From a virus: DNA of 64,000 nucleotides. The notes below the pieces were generated by a model, which ran no database searches, was not told where the DNA came from, and saw nothing but the letters and a program-made list of their open reading frames with translations. This document shows, one piece after another, positions 11,191 to 21,315 of the stretch; the first letter of the stretch is position 1; each line of letters opens with the position of its first letter. Location: IMG/VR virus record IMGVR_UViG_3300025592_000986; one strand, 5' to 3'. A program made the position numbers and the translations under genes.

Positions 11191-12728
11191 TACTTCCCTA
11201 CTCTAAACTTATGAACTTTATCCTGAACTGTGTTCTTGCCATCTGTCTCATACATAAACTGAATTCCGTAAGAATAACCAGATTCTAAATTAGAAAAATC
11301 TAAATCAAAATAGTTTCCATTCTTATCGTGAGAGAGTTTGGTGTAGTCGGTTTGCTGGCCACTGCCAGTACCGAACGGTATTATGTCAAGATCGTCAATA
11401 ATCCTGAAGATCCTGTAGTAACCGTTTTCTATCGTGTAACCCTCTATGTTATTTGATGCGACGGTATAAATATTCGGCTGCCAATTCTTTTCACGAACAA
11501 ATAACCTAATTCTAGTGTTGTCGGACTGTTGATACTCTGTCTTTAAATTTGTTATCGTAGTTGTATAACTTGTGCTTGGGTTGTAATCTGCCGCTGTGTG
11601 CGTCCTTACCCTGAAGTTTGACCCTGTTACGAGCTGCACACCTTGCACAACGCTAGTTGGCTTGCTCCACACATCAAATATTTCTTTTTCAGAGCCTGTG
11701 AAAGCAAAAGATGCCGAGTATATACCCGTAGAAACCCAACCCCCAGTGACTACAGTTGCTCCGGCGACGGTGACGCCACCTCCGATTGGAAGGGTTTTAG
11801 GCTTGATCACTTGATTTTTTATGTTGCCAGACGGAAATACTTGCAAATGTATCGATGTGTGTGCACTATTGCTTCCAGAATTCGCTCCGAGGGCGGGTAT
11901 GTTCTTGAGTCGACCCCTCACAACGTTGTACAAGTACAATGTATTCAAGTTATCCTCGCCCGACATTAAAGAACTGCTAAGATAAAAACTGTTTCTATCG
12001 TCGGGAATCGAATCATCCCATCTGGCTTCTATCATAGGCCGTTTGTAGAAGAACTCAGTCGATCTAGAAAAGAATTTCTTTGTGTAAAATGACCTGTTTT
12101 TTGAACCATCTTCGAACGTGCCAGACATTTTGAGCATCACGCCGTAATTCTCTCGATCTGGGTCTACTGTTGATTCTGCGACCAGCCATTCTTCGACTAA
12201 CGCAGTAACATTTACGCTTAGGTTTTCTACCCCTTTTGTGAAAGTTTGTTTGTAATGTGGGAGATTTCTTCCAGCAGTATACCCCACCTCGTGAAAGTCC
12301 CCACCTTGCGCTACCCAACTAGTTGCCTGAGTTGGTTTAATCCAATTTGATGCAAACTCGTCAGAGTAACCCTCCATATCCAACCCAGGGCCTTCGTCCC
12401 AAGACTTTGAAATTGGCAATACAGCCATATCAAAATTCTTTGGAAGGGTCTGACCGTGAGGGGCGTTGAACACTCTAAGAAAAAACTTCACGTTCCCAGA
12501 CAACGGCAAGTCGCCGCTGTTCCTCTTCGTAAGGATGTCGGAAACTGGAAAATTTAATAACGCTCTCGATTTTTCAACTGAGCTTGTTGATGCCTGGCCG
12601 AGAATAGAAAACACTTCCAAAACGTCAGAGGCCCCCATATTAGAACCCGTCCCCCTATTTATAAGGCCGTGCTTGAAGGCATTTGTGATTGTATTGTCCG
12701 CAGTGCAGAAAAATCTCTTAATCGCCAT
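11190..12728 (-). CDS. Virion structural protein, DNRLRE-like beta-sandwich (512 aa)
   Basis: ADNTITN...GASDVLE...SRALLNF...VTALVEEWL...NYGVMLK...RPMIEARW pattern. TAATG overlaps on both sides within the baseplate module. Confidence 0.6.
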   Translation of the reverse strand: MAIKRFFCTADNTITNAFKHGLINRGTGSNMGASDVLEVFSILGQASTSSVEKSRALLNFPVSDILTKRNSGDLPLSGNVKFFLRVFNAPHGQTLPKNFDMAVLPISKSWDEGPGLDMEGYSDEFASNWIKPTQATSWVAQGGDFHEVGYTAGRNLPHYKQTFTKGVENLSVNVTALVEEWLVAESTVDPDRENYGVMLKMSGTFEDGSKNRSFYTKKFFSRSTEFFYKRPMIEARWDDSIPDDRNSFYLSSSLMSGEDNLNTLYLYNVVRGRLKNIPALGANSGSNSAHTSIHLQVFPSGNIKNQVIKPKTLPIGGGVTVAGATVVTGGWVSTGIYSASFAFTGSEKEIFDVWSKPTSVVQGVQLVTGSNFRVRTHTAADYNPSTSYTTTITNLKTEYQQSDNTRIRLFVREKNWQPNIYTVASNNIEGYTIENGYYRIFRIIDDLDIIPFGTGSGQQTDYTKLSHDKNGNYFDLDFSNLESGYSYGIQFMYETDGKNTVQDKVHKFRVGK

Positions 12729-14521
12729 TATACAACCGTCCCTTTTATGTCCCTGTTCGGGTATTTCAACTCGAATATGTGGGTTTCGGGCAAAGTTATA
12801 ACTCTACCATCCAGGGAGGTGTTCCTTTCTACACTGAAAGAGACGCCAGAGTAGGGGTATCCGTTCTTGTTAATAACATCAATTGAAATAACATCAAGAA
12901 CTTGAGGGACTCTTTTCAACGCCTCATAGTACTCGGAGATGTATATAGGTTCTCCAATTTCTTTCTTAACGGTAAACAAATTTTTCAACTCTAGGTTTGC
13001 TGCACTTAATGCGTCAAACTTATTTTGGTCTCTTTTGACAATTATCTTGTACTCGACTCCATAGTTTATAATAAACGGATCAAGGATATCGATTGTATCA
13101 CTAATCATTCTTGCACCGTTTAGCCAAGTTTTTAAGTTATTTTTCAAAGTTCTGTTTGATACTGCTAATTTACCTTCGGTATCCTCCGACAATACGTAGA
13201 GATTCAAGTTCCTCTTGAAAGAATCTGCATCGCGAATGACAGTGCATCTCTTGATAGCGCCGAAGTTGCCAGGCATTGCATAAGTTAAATTAATGTAGTC
13301 CTGTTTTGTCACTGCCCTGTTTTGAGAGGAGAATGCACCCAGTGCCCGGATCTTGACCTCATCTACGGTCGGCAAACTAACATCTCCCACTATCGGTTCT
13401 TCGTTCAAGACCTCTATTCCGTTTATTACATAATCACGAACAGACTTGTTTAGTATTGTCAGGTTATCAAACTCTGCCAAAATCGAAGTCTTGTTCTTAA
13501 CGGATCCTGCCGACGCATTGACAAACTCTTGTGTATTTTCTCTGTAAGATATTGACAGTACCGTATTCGCTGGAGCTACTCCAAGTTTGTCATTTGATGT
13601 AAGTTTCGTCGGATCAAAGGTTGCGTCAGATATGTGTGGGCGGGCATGCCTCTTTAACACAACACTGGAGGGGTCTGCGACAGAACCGCTTAAGTCTTGA
13701 ATTGGAGATCCGTGGCCGAACTGCAAGATCGTGGAAGACCTGTTGTTCTCTACGGTATATCTTCTCGGTACTGTAACTGTTTTTAATAAATTAGGTATCC
13801 TGTCGGCGGAGAAGCCAGGGTTTGTAACCGGAACATACACTATTTCTTGAGTCAGGTCGTCCACTTGTGCGTATTCGTTTCCGTCTGAATCAATTACTGA
13901 TAATATTTCCGAGACGTTTTCGCCCGGTACTTCAACTTTTAGGAATCTCTGGAACGCTCCCACAGTCTGCGTGTAGGTTTTTGTAACCCCAGAGACGACC
14001 CGGCCATCGGATTTAACCGCGTAATATGTAGGAGTGCCGTTGGTCTCATCAACTTGGGCCACGACGAATTCACTTGTGGCGACGCTAAACCTCACGTCAT
14101 CCAATAAAGTAAAAACTGCGCCGGTGTCACTGGAGACCTGACTACCTTTCTTTATAGCTGGTAAATAATTTAAGTCAGGCTCGGCTGTGTTCGGTATCGC
14201 AGGCACTAAACAAAAGAACTGACAGACGCCATAAGAGGATGGGGCTTTACTAAACTTATACCCCATAGCCCTGGACAGTTTTATGACATTGTCATACTCT
14301 GCTGCCGTTTCTAGAAAGCTCTCATTTGCCTGATAGTCTAAATAGAACGACATTACGTCGCCAACGTAAGCAACTGTGTCAATCATCAACGAACCGAACG
14401 AGGCCTCATTGAAGTCCTTATAAGAGTTCGGGTAATATCTTTTTGCGTGCTGCAAGAGAGATTGTCTTATAGAACTGTAATCTCTATCAGTGTAATTTAT
14501 GGGAATAATTTTTTTAGCCAT
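12728..14521 (-). CDS. Baseplate wedge protein, T4 gp6 / baseplate J-like
   Basis: YTDRDYSSIRQSL, YKDFNEASFG, QANESFLETA, LQFGHG, QNRAVTKQDY motifs; directly follows the gp25-like gene. Confidence 0.9.
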   Translation of the reverse strand: MAKKIIPINYTDRDYSSIRQSLLQHAKRYYPNSYKDFNEASFGSLMIDTVAYVGDVMSFYLDYQANESFLETAAEYDNVIKLSRAMGYKFSKAPSSYGVCQFFCLVPAIPNTAEPDLNYLPAIKKGSQVSSDTGAVFTLLDDVRFSVATSEFVVAQVDETNGTPTYYAVKSDGRVVSGVTKTYTQTVGAFQRFLKVEVPGENVSEILSVIDSDGNEYAQVDDLTQEIVYVPVTNPGFSADRIPNLLKTVTVPRRYTVENNRSSTILQFGHGSPIQDLSGSVADPSSVVLKRHARPHISDATFDPTKLTSNDKLGVAPANTVLSISYRENTQEFVNASAGSVKNKTSILAEFDNLTILNKSVRDYVINGIEVLNEEPIVGDVSLPTVDEVKIRALGAFSSQNRAVTKQDYINLTYAMPGNFGAIKRCTVIRDADSFKRNLNLYVLSEDTEGKLAVSNRTLKNNLKTWLNGARMISDTIDILDPFIINYGVEYKIIVKRDQNKFDALSAANLELKNLFTVKKEIGEPIYISEYYEALKRVPQVLDVISIDVINKNGYPYSGVSFSVERNTSLDGRVITLPETHIFELKYPNRDIKGTVV

Positions 14522-14535
14522 AGGAAATTTCCTCT

Positions 14536-14931
14536 CTAATAAATAGTTTCAGTCAAATTTATTGCGAGAGTATTGACATCATCTGTTGGCAAAATAGTGT
14601 ATGTGACGTGAATACCCAAAAAACTATCATCAGTTCTAAATGTTCCGTCTGGACCTTCGAACATAATTTCCTCTATCCTGATGAAAGATAAATACTTTTT
14701 TACTTGAGTTCTTATTCTGGCGCTTATATCCCCGTAAAGCCCTTCGTCTATATTCCTGAATAGATAGTTTCTCAGGCCTACGCCAAAGGCTGGGTCCATA
14801 ACCCTCTCTCCTGGCGATGTCAACACGATCATCTTCAAATTTTGCTGAACGGTTTCTTTTATCGTCTTTGTTAATCTATACCCGTCAGTCTTATCTAGTT
14901 GAAGTGGTAGTTTTGGTGCTATACCTGGCAT
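14536..14931 (-). CDS. Baseplate wedge subunit, gp25/GPW family
   Basis: QNLKMIVLTSPGERVMDPAFGVGLRNYLF signature; 131 aa. Confidence 0.92.
   Translation of the reverse strand: MPGIAPKLPLQLDKTDGYRLTKTIKETVQQNLKMIVLTSPGERVMDPAFGVGLRNYLFRNIDEGLYGDISARIRTQVKKYLSFIRIEEIMFEGPDGTFRTDDSFLGIHVTYTILPTDDVNTLAINLTETIY
14540..14547 (-). promoter_or_regulatory. Putative phage late-promoter element ACTATTTA
   Basis: Lies 18 nt upstream of the gp6-like ATG with GAGGA SD in between; related octamers recur before other late genes. Confidence 0.45.
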
Positions 14932-14932
14932 A

Positions 14933-17900
14933 TTATTCTTCCTCCTCGCAAATCTCTACCGGTAGTCCTGCCGGGTTTGCCCCTTCGACCGTGCAGTTTG
15001 CTTGTTTTTGTCTTCTTCCTGGCTCTTCGCCTGGTAAGTGTGGTAACGAAAGTGCTAAAAATCCAACTGGACCGAGAAATGGTCCGTACGCATTGCCTGA
15101 TCTCTGGGAAACTGAGTTTACTGTATGGTTCACCGACTTTAATAAACTCGCTACACCTCGTCGGACTTTGCCTGCATTGGGCGGAAAGATGCCGCTGATT
15201 ATCTGAAGTACAGACAAAGAAATATCAACGGGTGCTGCCAAAGTCAGTGGTGCAACTGTATTGTCATCGGTGTTTAAATATCCAGACGTGAATGATCTGC
15301 TCGAATTTGAAGATAAATATGGAGGACTCTTTATGGAGCCCCAAGACAACCCATCTCTCAACTTACAGGGGTCTCTGTCGTATATCTTCTTCATCTGAGC
15401 GAATGCTGGGTCTACGAGTGCTGCCTGTCCCTTTATAGCGATTATAGGTGCCATTACCACCATCTTTGCTATCTGCGGAACCAGATCACCCAAGAGTGCT
15501 TCCGCTACGTTCCCAAAAGGACCAGAAGCGCCTTGGTTACCCTTCATCACAGCAGGATATTCATCGCCACTTATGAGGCCTTCATCGCCAGAACCTATAG
15601 ATTTTTTGTTTTGCAGTATCCTGTACATAGATCTTATCGACCCTCTAGTCCCACCAAGAAAGTCTCTAAATCCACGTTTTGAATCGAAAAAGTTTTCTTC
15701 ATTTATAAAATACAGTGCAGCCATACGATTTAGTGGGAAAATCTCTTCGAATAACATTTTGACGTCGGAATTGTAGTCTTCGCTTATAATTTTTCCATCT
15801 TTCAATCCAAGTAAAGAGTTTATTAGTGTGTCCTCATATGAATTAAATACGTTCTCCGCTGTTTCTCTTGGCTGTATTCTGCTGTTTGTGTATATGGCAA
15901 AATTGCCCATACAATCAACAAGGTTTTCTACCTTTGCTAACTCAAATACAAAGTGTTCAAATTGATCGACTCTGACTGGTCCGAGCTTCATAGATGATAA
16001 ATATTGAGAGTAATTAGACAGGTTTATTGGGATAGACCCACCCCCTTCGCCAATAACAACCTCTTTGCTAGACGTGCTACCAAAAATGCCGATGTCGCCT
16101 TGATATTCGTCGAAATTTGTAAACACAGGGGCGGTCAACTGAAACGTTTCATATCCAGGGATGTAAATCAATCGTAAACCAACTACAGTATTTTCCAAAA
16201 CATAATGCAGCGCATTTTGAAAACTTGTTCCGCTTTCATTGTTTATAAAATCCGGTGCGACTGGGGTGTTGAGAACCTCTAACAGTTGTTCATACTCGCC
16301 AAGTGTCATTCTCCTGCTTAAAGCGAAGTGCAAGTCTGGATTAACTAATCTATTATCTCTTTGTCCATCTTGCCTTTTAGCATAAAGCCTGTATCTGTTT
16401 TCGGACGAGTCTCTTTGACCGTTCGCGGTCGCCAAAGCATAATACAGAGCATCAATCGCTTTTGCCAAATAGTTTGGATCATTTTGCGGTGGCTTTACAT
16501 AAAAATACTGTTCTACCCTGAATTGTCCGTGAGGATTTTGCCGACCTAGGGTAGGATAGGATGAGTAGTCCAAGTACAAACTGTTAGGTCTGGAATCGCC
16601 AAAAATTTGAGAGCGGGACAAGACACTCTTGCTCGACTCATATTGATCAATTAATTGACTAAAGAATTCTTCTTTGTAAGATGAGAACTCTGGTTCAAAC
16701 AAATCCTCTGCCATTGTGATAACTTCCTGCTGAACGTCTTGCATTAGTTTAGCTATAACCGACACCAACGCATCCTTATTGTCAGATTGATTTGCTATTT
16801 TCTTAACTCTGTCATAAAAGTTTATCTTATATTGTTGAGAGTTTTGAAAATCTCTCTCAAGAGTCGTCTCCATATAATCATATAGGTACTGTACAATAAA
16901 ATCCTGACCTAGAATTTGTGAAGGTCTAAATCTAGAAAAAAGAAAGATACCCTTCAAAATAAACTCGATGACAAAAGTTCTGATATACAAAAATACTAGT
17001 TGATCAGAAAAGCTTTCTTCGAGAGGGCCTGGTTTGCTGAAGTCTCTATTTATTGGATTATTTTCTTCCCTACTTAACGAATCTTTATAGTCTTCCATTG
17101 CTTGTTGTCTTATCTTTTCGAAGTCTATTGGGCGATCTTTGTTCTTTATAAGACAAACCTTATCAGACCTTACATCTTCAAAATACTTTTCGGAGATTCT
17201 TGTTGATAATTCGCTTATTTGTCCTACATTAAAGTATCTGGAAGTCGAGACGCTTTCGGCAATCTTGTCCATAAAGTTTTGAGACAACATTGTAAAATGA
17301 GAAAGTTCGTAGCTCGATTCATCTGTATCTCCGTATGAAATCGCTTTCCATAGAATTGAGTCAGTGTTCCAGTTTTTTAACATTGGCTCTGTAAAGTATC
17401 TATTCTCCGCCAGGTCCCTGAAATATAGCCTGTTAATTTTTGATTCTTCCACGCTTTTCTCAAGGGAGTTCCTTACAAATTGCGCAAAGGCTTCTGGCCT
17501 TAAAAGCTTCTTTGTATCAGTGTTTTGCATATCCGGTGCAGACAATCTGAGGTCTCTTAATTGTTCAGACATCTCTTCGTGATAATTGAAGGTCTGCATT
17601 TGTCTCAACTCACTTTCAAAAACGCGAGCAGGTCTATCAACCTGAAAGCAGTCCTCTGGAGTGTGGACGAAGAACTGATCTACTATTTGACAATTGAATT
17701 GATCTTTAACACGATTGTCCACAACTGAATCAGTAAACTGCTCCAAATTATCTTGTGGAAACTTGGTTGTAGAGTTTATTCTATATTGTAATTGTGGGCC
17801 TTGCTTTTCGAGGTCGTATGTCCCAGCAAGATCGAACGCTAATTCAAGAAGGCCAGTAAACTCTATGCCTGTAAACTTTGGATATGGTCCAGAGGTTATT

Positions 17901-20900
17901 CCAACAAAGTTGTTTTTTGGCTCCAAAAGATAGTTCCTAAATGAGGGAAAGATACTCGCCTCCTGTCTGATGTTCTTTGAAGGGATTAGCATTATCTTTT
18001 CAAACAAGTCCGAGTCAATCTTGTCAGCTAAATTGAAAACTAAGTCAGGGGCTGGCTCTACATTTGTAACTCTCCCATTATCATCAATAGTGATGACGCC
18101 TGGTTTTTTAATTTTGGTAAAATGATCATCGGCCGGATTTGGTTCTTCGACCTGACGGCGTACAAACTCGTGTTGTGCCATACCAACGTGGTCATATTCT
18201 GGGTCATCTGGATTTAGCGGTCTTTGTGAAGCTTCATAAAATGTCGGGACATATCCAGATAGATCGTTGTCAAACACCATCTCTATGTTTCCAAACACGC
18301 CCTTAGAGGCCAATCCCGCCAGTTTGAGACTGTTTTCGTTCATATATGGGTTAGGCAAGCTTTGAGGCCCTAACTCCGCCACAAGGGCATCCATAGGGTT
18401 CTTTTTGAGCAAACCTCTCATCGCCTCCCTTCTTGCAGATGCGTCGGCAAGCGCTCTTGATATTTCATCCTCAGATGCATTCGCTGACTCTAAGGTTTCT
18501 CTAAGAAGTATATCGCCAGCGCCGATATCATCTGGACATCGAACATCGCCTAACACTATGTCTGGGTTTTGTGAAATCTTGTTTAAAAGGTCATCACTTA
18601 CAAAATCACCAACAGTTTCAAAAATTTCTTGAACGACTCCCGTATCTTGAACGTAATTCTTTAGGTCTGAGCAATCTGATTTTATTACAGTCAATATTAT
18701 GCCTAGAGTGTCTTTGTCCGCGTTGCCGGTTAATAACGAGGATATCTCGTTTGGAGTCAAGGCCAAGGATATGCTTTCAAATATGTTAGCGATATTGGCC
18801 AGCATATTTGTTGGAACCCCAACTCTTTCAAAAGACTTTATTGCAACCGTCGTTATTCTCGCTACTTCGCTGGGGCCTGTGCCCCCGTACACTTGAGAGT
18901 TTGAAATGCTAGGCATCAAGTCTTTTGATAGTTTACCGTTTATGAGATCATTTATCTTTATGTCTCCAACGGCACCTCCAAGAAGATCTGGCGCGTTCTT
19001 CGATAACGTCTTTAAAATATCCCTGATCAACCCACTTAAGAGACTTGTAAGTATATCTGAAATCGCGACCTCTAGATTCTTAACGATAAGTTTAATTGGA
19101 TCAAACGTTGGGAGCTTTGGTATTTCAGGTATTTTAAAATCAAAATCCCATTCCGACAAAACCTCTTCCGCATTCACGTCGGGCAATATTTTAAGATAGT
19201 CTATAAACAGTGCCCAGAAATCGTACCTATCGAAAAACTCAGCAAACAACTCTCCAAGATCTGAGAAGTCCATATCGTAGTTCAGTTTGTCAGTCACAGA
19301 GTAGGCACCTTCAATTGCATTTTTATAAAGCGTATTCTTCGCGTTTAAAAACCCAGGGTCTAAATCAACATTTAAAGATTTGGAAACAAGGTTGATAGGA
19401 CTATTCAACACCTGTCTTACGTCCACGTCTGCTAAATTAAAATCAATCTTCGGCGTAGGGTGATGGTGTTTCAACAGGAATGCGGACGCATTTCCATAAC
19501 TACTGGGGCTTTGAGAGATCGATGTGTTGTTTGATTGAACATTTCTTTGCTTCTTCAACAGTGGTAATTGCATTAAGTAACTGACTGTCGTAGAGTTTGT
19601 AATCGGACTAGAGTTGAGAAAACTTTCAAATCCAGATGTTAAAACACCAGGCACATCGTTTAAAGACACCAGTGCGATTTTCTTTATTTTTGCACCAGCG
19701 AATCCCCCTATGCCCTCACCCGGTCTTATGGTCGGCTCATAAGATATCAATAACGTTCCAGAATTTTCCTTGCTTATTATAAAATCGTTATCTTTTGCCA
19801 ACTTCTTTAGTTTACCAAGAAGTCGAGATAAACGATCGGCCTCCTTGTTCAATGACAAGTTCTCGGGCTTTATTTTAATTCCGGTTTCGGAGAATGACTT
19901 TACCTGTTTGTCGTACGACTTCATCAGTTTAATAGCAGCTTTGACATCCTGTTCAATATCTGAAATCTTGTACGGGATTGTCACCGGAAAAGGCTCGAAG
20001 TCCATCCTTTTCTTTGCAAAATCTGCGGCTTCCTTCGCAGATTCTAGATCCACTAACTCAGATGCAGATTTTATCCCCAAATCGTATTGTTGTCTCAGCA
20101 TTGACAACTCTCTCTCATACTTCTTAAGAAACTTTTTTACAGCCAGAGCATCTCTAGACTTCTGGATTAGAGCGTCCTCATCATAATTGCTTACATCCAA
20201 GCCTAGTGACTTTAACCTAAGCGCAACCTCTTCCAATACTGGGGCAATTTCCTCGTCTATATCCACCAGTTCAGTAAAGGCGGTAGTGCTTGTTATAGGG
20301 GCTCGCGGAATTAAGTCAAACATTTCTGTTCTAACACGAACAAGCGCTTTAAAGGTGGAGCTTGCGCGAGTCTCTGGTATGTATATTTTTTTTACGGCTG
20401 CAAAGATGGGCTGGTCACCTTCTGCAGTGCTTTGGCCAAATAAAACATTGATGGATTTTCCCGACTCATCTGCACCTACCGTTTCAAGAATGTTTAGGTC
20501 GTCGACAGTTAAGACACACCTTGTGTTCTCTAGTGGTCTTTTTTGGTATTTGATTATGGGCAAGAACGCTTTTCCCGCATCTGTAGATAAGTCTACTTCC
20601 CACTGGGTTTCTTTATTATAATATTTGAACATTTCCCTTACGCCGCGAGCAAGGATATCAGTTCCGTTGTTCTTAAGGTACGACTCGATGCTTGTGCCGC
20701 CGAGCTGGCTTCGAGTTACGCCGATTGAAGTAACAACGTAGTAATAATCTGGATCCTTAAACGGCTCGTTGACGACTTCTGACGGTCTCAAGCTTTCTAA
20801 TATATTGTCCGGTTCCAGAATCGCTTCTGGTGTTACTGATTCCAGTTCCCTCAAGACCGGATCAACACAGTCAGCAAGGGTGATCCCCCCCTCTGGTAGC

Positions 20901-21301
20901 GTTACCGATGGTAGTGTGACTACAGTGTGAGGGTCACTGTAAAAGAAATCTGAGGTTAGGGGGCTCAGGCCAGCGACGGACATTGCGCTAAATGTTGCTG
21001 GGCCAAGAGAACCAAGCTCAAAGTCAAATTCAGCAGGAGTATCTAGACTGCTGTTGTCGAGTGGTGACCAGCCCGCAATCTTACTTATAGTATCAACGTT
21101 CTGCCTCTGCCACCTCATAAGGTGGCTTTTCGTGTCCGCGTCAAACAGGGCATTACTGTCAGGCAGTCCAAGAAACTTTTTTAGGACCAAAATATTAGTG
21201 TCTTTGGCTCCCATTGACAGAGGCAAGTGAAAGTTTACACTCGTACCGACGTCTGAAACGAGGAGAAAGTCTTTTTGAGTTAGTAGTTTTTTATTAATCA
21301 T
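14933..21301 (-). CDS. Large tail/baseplate-associated protein (2122 aa) with an N-terminal peptidoglycan-binding-like domain
   Basis: N-terminus LSMGAKDTNILVLKKFLG...FDADTKSHLMRWQRQN...GSLGPAT resembles PG_binding_1. Largely helical, and lies between the spike-like and gp25-like genes. Confidence 0.55.
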   Translation of the reverse strand: MINKKLLTQKDFLLVSDVGTSVNFHLPLSMGAKDTNILVLKKFLGLPDSNALFDADTKSHLMRWQRQNVDTISKIAGWSPLDNSSLDTPAEFDFELGSLGPATFSAMSVAGLSPLTSDFFYSDPHTVVTLPSVTLPEGGITLADCVDPVLRELESVTPEAILEPDNILESLRPSEVVNEPFKDPDYYYVVTSIGVTRSQLGGTSIESYLKNNGTDILARGVREMFKYYNKETQWEVDLSTDAGKAFLPIIKYQKRPLENTRCVLTVDDLNILETVGADESGKSINVLFGQSTAEGDQPIFAAVKKIYIPETRASSTFKALVRVRTEMFDLIPRAPITSTTAFTELVDIDEEIAPVLEEVALRLKSLGLDVSNYDEDALIQKSRDALAVKKFLKKYERELSMLRQQYDLGIKSASELVDLESAKEAADFAKKRMDFEPFPVTIPYKISDIEQDVKAAIKLMKSYDKQVKSFSETGIKIKPENLSLNKEADRLSRLLGKLKKLAKDNDFIISKENSGTLLISYEPTIRPGEGIGGFAGAKIKKIALVSLNDVPGVLTSGFESFLNSSPITNSTTVSYLMQLPLLKKQRNVQSNNTSISQSPSSYGNASAFLLKHHHPTPKIDFNLADVDVRQVLNSPINLVSKSLNVDLDPGFLNAKNTLYKNAIEGAYSVTDKLNYDMDFSDLGELFAEFFDRYDFWALFIDYLKILPDVNAEEVLSEWDFDFKIPEIPKLPTFDPIKLIVKNLEVAISDILTSLLSGLIRDILKTLSKNAPDLLGGAVGDIKINDLINGKLSKDLMPSISNSQVYGGTGPSEVARITTVAIKSFERVGVPTNMLANIANIFESISLALTPNEISSLLTGNADKDTLGIILTVIKSDCSDLKNYVQDTGVVQEIFETVGDFVSDDLLNKISQNPDIVLGDVRCPDDIGAGDILLRETLESANASEDEISRALADASARREAMRGLLKKNPMDALVAELGPQSLPNPYMNENSLKLAGLASKGVFGNIEMVFDNDLSGYVPTFYEASQRPLNPDDPEYDHVGMAQHEFVRRQVEEPNPADDHFTKIKKPGVITIDDNGRVTNVEPAPDLVFNLADKIDSDLFEKIMLIPSKNIRQEASIFPSFRNYLLEPKNNFVGITSGPYPKFTGIEFTGLLELAFDLAGTYDLEKQGPQLQYRINSTTKFPQDNLEQFTDSVVDNRVKDQFNCQIVDQFFVHTPEDCFQVDRPARVFESELRQMQTFNYHEEMSEQLRDLRLSAPDMQNTDTKKLLRPEAFAQFVRNSLEKSVEESKINRLYFRDLAENRYFTEPMLKNWNTDSILWKAISYGDTDESSYELSHFTMLSQNFMDKIAESVSTSRYFNVGQISELSTRISEKYFEDVRSDKVCLIKNKDRPIDFEKIRQQAMEDYKDSLSREENNPINRDFSKPGPLEESFSDQLVFLYIRTFVIEFILKGIFLFSRFRPSQILGQDFIVQYLYDYMETTLERDFQNSQQYKINFYDRVKKIANQSDNKDALVSVIAKLMQDVQQEVITMAEDLFEPEFSSYKEEFFSQLIDQYESSKSVLSRSQIFGDSRPNSLYLDYSSYPTLGRQNPHGQFRVEQYFYVKPPQNDPNYLAKAIDALYYALATANGQRDSSENRYRLYAKRQDGQRDNRLVNPDLHFALSRRMTLGEYEQLLEVLNTPVAPDFINNESGTSFQNALHYVLENTVVGLRLIYIPGYETFQLTAPVFTNFDEYQGDIGIFGSTSSKEVVIGEGGGSIPINLSNYSQYLSSMKLGPVRVDQFEHFVFELAKVENLVDCMGNFAIYTNSRIQPRETAENVFNSYEDTLINSLLGLKDGKIISEDYNSDVKMLFEEIFPLNRMAALYFINEENFFDSKRGFRDFLGGTRGSIRSMYRILQNKKSIGSGDEGLISGDEYPAVMKGNQGASGPFGNVAEALLGDLVPQIAKMVVMAPIIAIKGQAALVDPAFAQMKKIYDRDPCKLRDGLSWGSIKSPPYLSSNSSRSFTSGYLNTDDNTVAPLTLAAPVDISLSVLQIISGIFPPNAGKVRRGVASLLKSVNHTVNSVSQRSGNAYGPFLGPVGFLALSLPHLPGEEPGRRQKQANCTVEGANPAGLPVEICEEEE

Positions 21302-21315
21302 AGTCTACAAAAAAT

